Assembly: GCA_046758745.1 (NCBI GenBank)
Contig: JBHIAV010000030.1
Span: forward strand, 1 to 36,575
Source: Gemmatimonadota bacterium
GTDB lineage: Bacteria; Gemmatimonadota; Gemmatimonadetes; Palauibacterales; Palauibacteraceae
Length of the DNA: 36,575 nucleotides
Reading direction: 5' to 3'
Below, piece by piece: positions 28,837 to 36,575 of the stretch (position 1 is the stretch's first letter; each line of letters starts with the position of its first letter). Made by a program: the position numbers and the translations under genes. The notes beneath the pieces were generated by a model. The model was not told the origin of the DNA. It ran no database searches and was given only the letters and a program-made list of their open reading frames with translations.

Positions 28837-29625
28837 GTGCTGAGGGGATATGCGGGCGGACTGGCGGCGATCCTGCTCACGGCGGGAGCGCTCGATGCTC
28901 AGCTCGCCTCGCAGAGCGACAGCGTCATCCGCCACGCCGAGGAGGAGGGGCGGCGCATCGCCGAGTACGACAACGCAGTGCACCAGGCCACCGAGGCCCT
29001 GCTGGCCGCCCGGCCGGAGCAGCATCGGATCAGCCTCTACGTGGCCCGCCAGCAGGACGCACGGTGGCACGTCTTCTTCGGCTCCATCAACATCGTCTCG
29101 TCCGAGTTCACCACCGCGTACGAGGTCACCCAGGAGGAGCCCGACGGCGACCGCTACGTGGTATCCCGTCTTACCGGGCGCGAGCCGGCCGACCCGGAGC
29201 TCTCCCGCGCCGCGACCGCTCTCGTCACCGCCCTCGGGGCGTTCGAGCCGAAGTGGGAGCGCTACCAGACCTACGTGTGGAGAGACTTCCGCGGTCGGTG
29301 GGTCACCTACTTTCTGCCGGGCCCGACCGCCGAGGGGCAGTGGCCGATCGGCGCGGACATGCGAGTCCTGGTGAGCTTCGACGGCCAGCGAATCCTCGAG
29401 GCCACGACCTTCCACGCCGATCTCACCGTGGTCGAGCCGAGCCGTGAAGCGGCGATCGCGACGCACCATCGCCACCTGGCGGGGGAGAACCCCGCGCCCA
29501 CCGATTTCGCCTACGTGCTGATCACCCCGCAGCTCGCGCCGATGGCGCTGGTGGCGAGCGACTACACTTGCACGGTAACGCGGCAGGGTCGCATGGGCCC
29601 GTGCCGGCCTAGCGAGGAAAAGTAG
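28837..29625 (+). CDS. Hypothetical secreted protein
   Basis: Signal-peptide-like N-terminus (ALDA|Q); host-like codon usage. Confidence 0.7.
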   Translation: MLRGYAGGLAAILLTAGALDAQLASQSDSVIRHAEEEGRRIAEYDNAVHQATEALLAARPEQHRISLYVARQQDARWHVFFGSINIVSSEFTTAYEVTQEEPDGDRYVVSRLTGREPADPELSRAATALVTALGAFEPKWERYQTYVWRDFRGRWVTYFLPGPTAEGQWPIGADMRVLVSFDGQRILEATTFHADLTVVEPSREAAIATHHRHLAGENPAPTDFAYVLITPQLAPMALVASDYTCTVTRQGRMGPCRPSEEK

Positions 29626-29656
29626 AGGCCGGAAACTCCGAGGAAAACTACGCTAT

Positions 29657-30235
29657 TCACCTTACCGCCAGAACGTGGCGGGGCCCTTCTGTGGTGTTCG
29701 TCAAGATCGTTCGCCGGATTGCCCGATCGAGTCCGTCCAGGTCATGAGCGCCGAACAACGCCAAGCGTACGATCCCTGCTCCATCAATGACGAGCGTTAG
29801 CGGGATCCCATTGGCGCCCCAGAGACTCTTGAGCGTCCGCATGTCGAGACCAGTCGCGTTGACGTAGTCCGCGCCCCAACGTGCAGCCCAGGCTTGCGCT
29901 TCCTCTTCGGGCACCCCGCTCACCTCCACACCGACGGCTCGCAGCCCTCGGCCGGCCCACCGGCGGTGCGCTGTGGCCAGGTCCTGCGCCTCACGACGGC
30001 AAGGTACGCACCAAGTTGCCCAAAAGTTGAGCAAGGTTCCCCTGGGGCCAAGGAGATCAACCAGTCGTGTCTCAGTTCCGTCCACTACGACTGTCAGGTC
30101 GGGCAGAGGCTCCGACATCGGAAGTGCTGGGGGACGCCGAACTTGCGCTATGAACCTGTTCTCACCGCAGCCGAGCAGGAGTAGGCCGATTACAGCTATC
30201 CCAGCCCGATGATGGTGAAGCGCGGCGCCCCTCAT
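29657..30235 (-). CDS. TlpA/ResA-like thiol-disulfide oxidoreductase lipoprotein
   Basis: Lipobox LLGC, LLNFWATWCVPC, cis-Pro GIPLTLVID; ATGA overlap with the upstream gene. Confidence 0.88.
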   Translation of the reverse strand: MRGAALHHHRAGIAVIGLLLLGCGENRFIAQVRRPPALPMSEPLPDLTVVVDGTETRLVDLLGPRGTLLNFWATWCVPCRREAQDLATAHRRWAGRGLRAVGVEVSGVPEEEAQAWAARWGADYVNATGLDMRTLKSLWGANGIPLTLVIDGAGIVRLALFGAHDLDGLDRAIRRTILTNTTEGPRHVLAVR

Positions 30236-31476
30236 AGGTCGACCTCGTAAACGCTCGCGTACTGGACGTTGAGCTCGTCCCGTTCCCTGCCGTAGATCAG
30301 CGATCCGACAACGCTGTTCGGAATGAAAACGCCAGGAAGCGCCACTCTCCCGCGTGGCCGGCCGTCCGGTTCGTAAACATGCCAGATGACACGCTCGGGA
30401 GTGAGTCTGGGGCCACGATACTCACCTGTGGGTTGAACCCAAACGGCTCCGTCTCCTCCGACCAGAAGTCTCCGGAGGGCAGGAACTCTCTCGGGAATTG
30501 GAAGTTCGGCGCGGTTCGCTCGGATTCTGCGGATCCGTTCCTCGGAGGCCTCCGACACGTCGGCGGCCGTTCGGAAGTCACGACGCTCTGTATCCGAGGC
30601 CGGCCGCAGCTTGTGCTCCACCATGAGACGGCAGGTGATCCGCCCGTCGGCGCCGACCCTCTCAAGGGTGTATTCGCCGCTGTCGGCGTACCAGAAGCCA
30701 CCATCCGGTGCGGGGGACCAGAGCGGGCTGCGGCCGAAGGGGATGTCTCTGAGCCCGCCCGCGGCGAAGAACACCTCAACGCTCGGCACGTCGCGGATCG
30801 CTTCCCATGCCTTGGCTTCACGATCCCACCGACTGACGGTGTTCAAAGCCCGGACCACTCCGCTGATACGTGAGCCAAGGTCTTCGAGCAGGCTCTCTCG
30901 AAATTTCTCGAAGCCGAGGTTGAGGAGGCCCCCTCGAGGATCGAACCGCACCTCGGGAAACTGACCGTAATTCGGACCAAGTACCGGAGACGTCGTACCG
31001 ACAAGTTGCCCGGCTGAGTCGTAGACGGTCTCGCGCCAGAGTCGCTGGTCGAAGACCCGGAGAGAGTCACCTAGGACGACTCGTAGCGTCAGCAGACCTT
31101 GGAACTCACCGGGCCCCTCACCCTGCCTGCCGAGCCTCCGGATGGGGGACCCGGTCGAATCAAAGACCGCGACCTGGTGGAGTCGGCTATCGGCGACGTA
31201 GATCCGACGTTTGCTATCAGCGTCCACAGACGTTATGAGGTCGAACATCTCGCCGCTGTCCAAGTGAACCGTCCCAATCCGCAGGGCGAGGCGTCCGTCG
31301 GACGGGCGGCTGCGGGCATTCCAATCGGGGTTGGGAATGGTCAGCTGGATGGTGCCGCCGATGTCGGACGCCTCACATCTCTCGGCCACCGCGGAGACGA
31401 CAAGATCGCCGCCGCAGGCAGCAGCGGCGAGCATAGATGCCACGGCTGCAACTGATCGGGCAGTTGAGCTACGCAT
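30232..31476 (-). CDS. 6-bladed beta-propeller (NHL-like) lipoprotein
   Basis: Lipobox AAAC, IYVADSRLHQVAVFD, GRQGEGPGEF, repeated beta-blade pattern; GGAGG RBS. Confidence 0.8.
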   Translation of the reverse strand: MRSSTARSVAAVASMLAAAACGGDLVVSAVAERCEASDIGGTIQLTIPNPDWNARSRPSDGRLALRIGTVHLDSGEMFDLITSVDADSKRRIYVADSRLHQVAVFDSTGSPIRRLGRQGEGPGEFQGLLTLRVVLGDSLRVFDQRLWRETVYDSAGQLVGTTSPVLGPNYGQFPEVRFDPRGGLLNLGFEKFRESLLEDLGSRISGVVRALNTVSRWDREAKAWEAIRDVPSVEVFFAAGGLRDIPFGRSPLWSPAPDGGFWYADSGEYTLERVGADGRITCRLMVEHKLRPASDTERRDFRTAADVSEASEERIRRIRANRAELPIPERVPALRRLLVGGDGAVWVQPTGEYRGPRLTPERVIWHVYEPDGRPRGRVALPGVFIPNSVVGSLIYGRERDELNVQYASVYEVDL

Positions 31477-32046
31477 CGTCCACCTCCGCGGTCACGGGAC
31501 ACCAAGAGAGATCCGCTGTTAACGCCTCCGGACTAGTTGCGGATGCCCCCCGCCGGAAGAAGGCGATTACGGAATCGAGGCCCCCCAGACGCTTGGAACG
31601 GCAGCAACACGGATCTCGGACATGCTCCGCCCGCCTTCTACGTAGTAGGCGGGGAAGCGGATAGCGAACAGCTCGGTGAAGGCCTTCACCGAATGGGGCT
31701 CTCCGACAACTGACACCCAATACACTAGGACGGCCTTGCCGTCGGAAAGAGTCTCTCGGTATCGCCACGGCTCTGCACCGCGCTGACACGCTTCGCAGTC
31801 TGGATCAAAGAGGTAGAAGACGGTGCAACCCGACTGCGAGAGGTCGAGAAAGCTGCTTCGACGGCCAGGGTCATCGACCGCGACCAGTGTAGCGTCCGGC
31901 AGTTGTTCGCCGACCCTGAGAGGTGGATCGAACTGCAGCATTGGATTTGCGTTAAATTGACTGGCTACCTGCCAGCCCGCAAGCGCAATGAGGACGAAGA
32001 CCACGACGGCCTTGAGCGCGAACTCGCGCAGCTTCATCTGAACCAT
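31469..32046 (-). CDS. Membrane-anchored thioredoxin-fold CxxC protein, apparently frameshifted at a G6 run (31581-31586)
   Basis: N-terminal TM, VGEQLPDATL, FDPDCEAC, AVPSV cis-Pro loop. The ORF stops at 31567; one extra G extends it to 31469, overlapping the next ATG. Alternative start ATG 32037. Confidence 0.7.
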
Positions 32047-32108
32047 TCCCTATTGACGGGTGAGAGCACGCTGAGAGGTGGAGGTCGGGCCAGCCGTTCA
32101 AGGATGCC

Positions 32109-32363
32109 TCAGCAGCCGACCTGCTGCGTTGTGAAGACCGAGGATCCGCTGCAGCTACCACCGCAGTCGCGACCGCACGCCCAACAGATGCAGCCACTGC
32201 AGAACGTGCATACTTCGACGCCGCTGGAGCAGTCGCTTCGCTCGGTCGGGCACTGCTGCGCGATTGCGGGCTCTGGGGTCTGAAACGCCAGACCCACGTT
32301 CAGCATGGCGAACGCCAAGACGAGACCCAGGAACTTCTTGTGGTTCTTCACGGCCCTACGCAT
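32109..32363 (-). CDS. Secreted cysteine-rich peptide precursor (84 aa; 10 Cys in a 49-aa mature region)
   Basis: Strong GAAAGGAGG RBS; basic n-region, hydrophobic h-region, AIA|QQ cleavage site; mature QQCPTERSDCSSGVEVCTFCSGCICWACGRDCGGSCSGSSVFTTQQVGC. Confidence 0.82.
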   Translation of the reverse strand: MRRAVKNHKKFLGLVLAFAMLNVGLAFQTPEPAIAQQCPTERSDCSSGVEVCTFCSGCICWACGRDCGGSCSGSSVFTTQQVGC

Positions 32364-32791
32364 GGACACTTCCTCCTTTCGGTCGTGACGACCGTCCCGA
32401 CCCAAACACACCTCTCAGTCTCACCGGAGCGTGAACGACCGCTCCTCCAGTTCCCTAGAGCTCGAGCCCCGCGGCGGTAGCCGCCGTGCGGCAGTTGCGG
32501 ACCATCAGGTCCGTCCGCAACAGGCCAGACTCCGAGCCTTGCGATGGTGACCAAGAAAGGCGGGCAGCCCAGTGGAGAGGGAAGCGATGGGAAAAGGGTG
32601 GACAGAACGTGAAACCTTCTTCAGTCCGGTAAAGACCTGCCGGTCCGATTCCATATCGCCAACCCCCTGACCGTAGGGCGATGCTCGGACCCGCGTTTTC
32701 TTACTACCCTTCACGTATGAGATGCCGCTCGACGGCAAAACCTTTCATCCAGTTGGAAAAGTCGGTCGCGGGAGGCAGCCCGGCGGAGACA

Positions 32792-33365
32792 TTAGCGCTC
32801 TAATCCGAGGGTCCCGGCGGTGGCGATCAGGCATAACGGCCGGAGTCCGCGCTCGCGGTTGGCGGTGACTGCCCTGCTCACGGCTTCCGGCTCGAGGTTC
32901 CCGTGCCCGTGGCCGGCAGCACCCGGAGCCGGTCCAGAGAGAAGCCGAGAACTCGGAAGGCCCGGTGCACCGCCGTGTGCGTCTGATCCGAGCAGCACGC
33001 GCGCCCTCGCCCGGCCGGCTGTCCAGCCTCTCCTTACGTGCTACGGCGAGGCCAATGAGGTTGGCGACCAACCCACCACTGGTGAGAAGGCCGGCCCCCT
33101 GATCAGGGAATCTGAAGCAGTCCTTCAGCCAGTGGACCACGAGCTCGACCTGGCTCGGTCGGCCGACTCGATCCACGTCCCCTGGAAGAAATTGCACCGG
33201 GTGGCGAGCCAGTCGCCAAGCATGCTGGCGAACGTCGGAGAGCTCGGGATAAAGGCGAAGAAGCGCGGGTGGTCGATCTTGCCGGCGAAGGGCTCGATGT
33301 CCGTCCAGAAGCGTTCGAGCACGCGCTCCAGCAGTTCTCCCTCACACGGGGAAGCGGCTCGCAGA
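32792..33365 (-). pseudogene. Degraded group II PLP-dependent decarboxylase (aromatic amino acid decarboxylase-like)
   Basis: Fragments across several frames: DHPRFFAFIPSS, PSQVELVVHWL, GLLTSGGLVANLIGLAVAR, SVHRAFRVLG, GLRPLCLIATAGT; truncated before the PLP lysine. Confidence 0.8.
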
Positions 33366-33449
33366 GCGGCAGGTCTCGTTACGCTGGGTCGGCGGACCGG
33401 TGCGAAGCGACGGCTCGTCCCTCAGCCCGCCGCAGCCGTCGAGCGGTTC

Positions 33450-35477
33450 TCACCCCTTCTGCTCGGAGGCCTCCACGACGAGATCGGTCGTGTACGGAAG
33501 GGTGGAAAGACCGGAGTCCCGATCCTCCACGGTGACGGACATGCGGTAGGCGCCCGGCTCGGTGCCGCGCAGATCGAGCCTCAGATACCGCCGCGTGGCA
33601 GCTCCGCCGAACTGCGCCTCGCCCGGGAAAGTGAGTTCGAACGGCGCTCCGTCCCTCTTCGGTTCGAGCCGAACCCGCGTGACGTAGTCGCCGCCGGGAG
33701 TGAGGTTGTACGCCTCGTAGTAGACGTAGGCGATGCCATCCGGGCCGGTGGCGTGGGCCGGCGTGAGTCGCAGGAAGATGCCCCCACCGGGCGACCATGT
33801 GCCCCCGGAGTCGGCCGCCACCGCGATGTCGGAGAGCAGCGGCCGATCACCGGCGAAATCACGTACGATCAGGGCGTCACGCAGGTAATTGCCGGCGTGC
33901 ACCCCCGCCCGCGTCCGGTCCTGGGCATCCCGGACGGCCACCGTGTACCGATAGCGCCCGGGGCGCAGCGCCGTCACCATGCGGACGGGTATGCTCTCAT
34001 CCCGGTCGAGGCGATGGTCGGTGATCGTCTCGAACTCCGACCGGAGCCGGCGGAACTCGGCGTCCTCATCGAGGACCGCCCACACCGCGTCCACCCGATA
34101 ACGGAACCGACCGTCCTCGAGCGGATCGGCCAGGAGCTTCTCCGCCTCGATGACGCCGTTCAGCCACACCCGCGTCGACGTCGGGCTGGTCGCCCGATAC
34201 TGGAGAGCCTCGAAGAGCAGGCGCGGCTCCATGTCCACCGCGGGTCTTTCAGGCACGTCCCGGATCGCGAACTCCGCATCCGCGTGGGTCCAGTGCCGCT
34301 CTTCCTGCAGGAGCTGTAGCGCCAGGAACGAGCTCTGACGCGACCGGAATCCCATCTGGTAGTAGCGCGTGTCGAGTCCGCCTCGCGACGCGTACAGGTC
34401 GCCCAGCACCACCGGGGCCGAGAGAGCGATCGGAGCCAGCCGACCCTCGCCCAGCGGGGAGAGGACCAGGGTCCCGTTCGGCGTCCCGCACCGGTACACC
34501 TCAGCCAGGTTGTCGACCAGCCACCAGTCGTCCAGCCCGTTGCCGGTGGTGAAGTGATACACCCGCGTTCCGTCTGGATAGTCGTACGCCCAGCTCTCGT
34601 TCGGCTCGAAGCATTCGGGGCCCGCCACCGCCGACGGACCGCTGCCGCCGCCCGCGAAGCCGGTCTTCCGATCCGGCTCGCCCATCCTGAGGTAGATGAG
34701 CCCTCGGTCATCGAAGGTAGCGTTGCGGGGTCGGCCCATCTCGGTGGAGAACGTCGGTCCCTTCTTGCCGGAGCGGCGGGTGTAGTTGTCCAGGGCGTAG
34801 CGGAGGCGCTCGTAATGCTGGCTGATCCGCTGCCCGACGGTCACCGTAGAGGCCAGCGCCCGCTCGGACCAGAAGACGCGGAGAAAGGCGCACAGATCGC
34901 GCTGGTTGGAGGGTAGCGTGCGGAAGCGATCCCATTCGTCGGCTTCGTCCGGCGTGGCGAGCGGCCCGATGTCGAGCCAGTACTCCAGCGACCCCGCGTC
35001 GTCCGCCACCTCGCACCCTTTCCAATACGCCTCCTCGCCGAGCGCAGGGTGCTTCGCCAGGAATGCGACGCGAGCCTGGTCCAGAAGGAGCTGACCGGGA
35101 GCGACGCCGCCCTCCGCCCTGTGCAGCGCCATCTCGGCCTCGGCCGCCCGTCCCGCGCGAAGCCACAGCCGGGTGACGGCGAGCCAATCGTACCCGCTGT
35201 CCGGACCCCCTTCCTCCTCCACCCAGCGGTCGAGGAGCTCCCGTACGTCGTCGCCGTCCGGGTGAGCTCGATGATCGAGCTTCTTCGCGATCCTCTCGGC
35301 CAGCTTCTGGTGCCCGCTGGCGAGCAGCTCGTGGTAGACGGGCCCCGGCATGGTCTGAGCCTTCGCGGGTCGTGAACCCGCCCCGGGTAGCGTCGCCAGA
35401 GCCACGCCGATCACCCACCAGCGCGGGCCGCGGCGAAGACCCCGCCCCAGGGCACCCGTGCCCATCACCCTCTCCAC
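33450..35477 (-). CDS. GWxTD-domain-like secreted protein
   Basis: Signal peptide; FLRVFWSER...HYERLRYA...DDRGLIYLRMGEPD...ESWAYDY core; Ig-like C-terminus. Start GTG 35477 or ATG 35465. Confidence 0.72.
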   Translation of the reverse strand: MERVMGTGALGRGLRRGPRWWVIGVALATLPGAGSRPAKAQTMPGPVYHELLASGHQKLAERIAKKLDHRAHPDGDDVRELLDRWVEEEGGPDSGYDWLAVTRLWLRAGRAAEAEMALHRAEGGVAPGQLLLDQARVAFLAKHPALGEEAYWKGCEVADDAGSLEYWLDIGPLATPDEADEWDRFRTLPSNQRDLCAFLRVFWSERALASTVTVGQRISQHYERLRYALDNYTRRSGKKGPTFSTEMGRPRNATFDDRGLIYLRMGEPDRKTGFAGGGSGPSAVAGPECFEPNESWAYDYPDGTRVYHFTTGNGLDDWWLVDNLAEVYRCGTPNGTLVLSPLGEGRLAPIALSAPVVLGDLYASRGGLDTRYYQMGFRSRQSSFLALQLLQEERHWTHADAEFAIRDVPERPAVDMEPRLLFEALQYRATSPTSTRVWLNGVIEAEKLLADPLEDGRFRYRVDAVWAVLDEDAEFRRLRSEFETITDHRLDRDESIPVRMVTALRPGRYRYTVAVRDAQDRTRAGVHAGNYLRDALIVRDFAGDRPLLSDIAVAADSGGTWSPGGGIFLRLTPAHATGPDGIAYVYYEAYNLTPGGDYVTRVRLEPKRDGAPFELTFPGEAQFGGAATRRYLRLDLRGTEPGAYRMSVTVEDRDSGLSTLPYTTDLVVEASEQKG

Positions 35478-35478
35478 C

Positions 35479-35520
35479 CTCCGGGACTCGATCGCCCGAC
35501 TCCGGGACTCAATTGCCCAC
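35479..35520. repeat. 21-bp imperfect tandem repeat at a gene junction
   Basis: CTCCGGGACTCGATCGCCCGA / CTCCGGGACTCAATTGCCCAC. Confidence 0.6.
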
Positions 35521-36534
35521 GCCCCTGGAACGCACTTCTCGGATCTGAAGCGGCGGACCGCGACTCTTCTCGGTCCGGACCTTGAGCTCCACCCGCCGCG
35601 TGTCGCTCGTCCGCCCGGTCGCCAGGTCCGTGATCTTCACCGTGACCACGTACGGTCCCGGCTCCGTCTTGCTGAGATCGAGGCGCAGGGCCGACCGGAT
35701 GGGCTCGTTCGGATCGGTCGGCGCCGTCCCTCGATACTGGAGCTGAAACGGGCGGCGCGAGCCGCGGAACGTCTCGCCCTGTCCGGTCGAAGCCCAGGTG
35801 GAGATGAGCTTGACCTCCCCCCGGTAGACCGCCCCGGGTGTGACGCCGTACGCCTCGAAGTAGATGAACGGACGAGACTCCTTCCGTACGATGCGCGCCG
35901 CGTTCAGCTTGAGGCTGACGTGCTTCGCCGGCAGCCATGTGCCGCCGGAGTCGGCCGCGACGGCGATGGAGCTCACCACGGGACCCGGATAGGCGAGGCT
36001 CGGGATCGTGACCTCGCCGGTCTTCTCGTTGACGGCGGGAAACGCCTCCCAGTTGTGATCCGTGACCGCGATCCGGTAGCGGTACTTCCCGGGGGGCACC
36101 CGGACGCGAGCCTGGAGCGGGAAGCCGTCGCTGGTACTCTCCGGAACGAGGGCGTTCAGCGTGTGCTCGACGCGGGTTGTCTCCGAGGCGACGAGGGCGT
36201 CGTCCCGCAGGAGGTCGAAGCGCAATCCGAGGGAGTACTTCCAGCCCCCTTCGAACACGCCACGAACGCGGCCGGCGTGCACGCTCACCGCCGCCCACAC
36301 ATCCACCAGATCGTCGCTCGGGCCGGAGAACACCAGGTACTGGTAGTCGAACGGAAACGCCCCCGTCGCCTTGAGGCCGCCGCTCTCGGCCAGTCGGGTG
36401 AAGTCGGCGCCGCCCGCGCCGCCGGTGTCCTGCGCGGCGGGGAGAGCCGGGGGAGCGGTCGGAGCTAGGAGAAGGAGAGGCAGGAGGACGGGCGTGAGCT
36501 TTCCGGGCGTCTCGTACCACCGCCGGTGACGCAT
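35509..36534 (-). CDS. Secreted protein paralogous to the C-terminal half of the adjacent GWxTD-like protein
   Basis: Signal peptide; shares IAVAADSGGTW, Y(F/Y)EAY, LRLDL..TEPG.Y and PG(K/R)YRY motifs with 33450-35477. ATG 36534 has the better RBS spacing. Confidence 0.72.
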   Translation of the reverse strand: MRHRRWYETPGKLTPVLLPLLLLAPTAPPALPAAQDTGGAGGADFTRLAESGGLKATGAFPFDYQYLVFSGPSDDLVDVWAAVSVHAGRVRGVFEGGWKYSLGLRFDLLRDDALVASETTRVEHTLNALVPESTSDGFPLQARVRVPPGKYRYRIAVTDHNWEAFPAVNEKTGEVTIPSLAYPGPVVSSIAVAADSGGTWLPAKHVSLKLNAARIVRKESRPFIYFEAYGVTPGAVYRGEVKLISTWASTGQGETFRGSRRPFQLQYRGTAPTDPNEPIRSALRLDLSKTEPGPYVVTVKITDLATGRTSDTRRVELKVRTEKSRGPPLQIREVRSRGVGN

Positions 36535-36575
36535 ACGCTCCAACCTCCCGTTGGGTTCCGGCTTCGCTGCCCAAA

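Noticed and set aside
28814-28842. TTGACA as a promoter -35 box
   Set aside because: No -10 element at 16-18 bp; that position falls on the start codon.
32109-32363. Ferredoxin, cytochrome c or radical-SAM RiPP precursor
   Set aside because: No CxxCH or CxxCxxCxxxCP motif; it has a Sec signal peptide; the only radical SAM gene nearby is a PLP aminomutase in a different operon.
29626-32800. Mobile element call for the atypical-composition cassette
   Set aside because: No integrase, transposase, tRNA target or terminal repeats seen; horizontal origin remains an inference.

Overview
GC-rich bacterial chromosome segment, probably Gemmatimonadota (inferred from gene content: futalosine-pathway MqnA, a GWxTD-type protein, propeller lipoproteins). 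The backbone carries a MacA/MacB-like exporter, patatin, YbgA/DUF523, a TIGR01777 epimerase, an SbcD plus YhaN-like ATPase pair, a membrane MutS-V protein, a pgsA-like gene, an NDUFA9-like protein, ssb, mqnA, an MlaD-like gene, rho and a GyrA/ParC subunit. Five items stand out. (1) An apparently lower-GC cassette at ~29.6-32.8 kb encodes a secreted 10-Cys peptide (49-aa mature) with two CxxC thioredoxin-fold proteins and a beta-propeller lipoprotein; the peptide ORF is enclosed by a long 5'/3'-UTR duplex, and a decayed PLP decarboxylase borders the cassette. (2) An operon of two Ddl-like ATP-grasp ligases (one fused to GNAT) and a KamA-type aminomutase sits behind a strong promoter, an Arg-rich 12-codon uORF and a terminator, suggesting attenuation. 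(3) An OsmC-family gene has an in-frame UGA at the catalytic Cys position followed by a SECIS-like hairpin (probable selenoprotein). (4) An orphan repeat-spacer-repeat unit with 36+30+36 CRISPR-like geometry lies downstream of ssb. (5) A frameshifted remnant of ferredoxin-NADP reductase is present. All calls come from motif reading by eye; no database searches were run.
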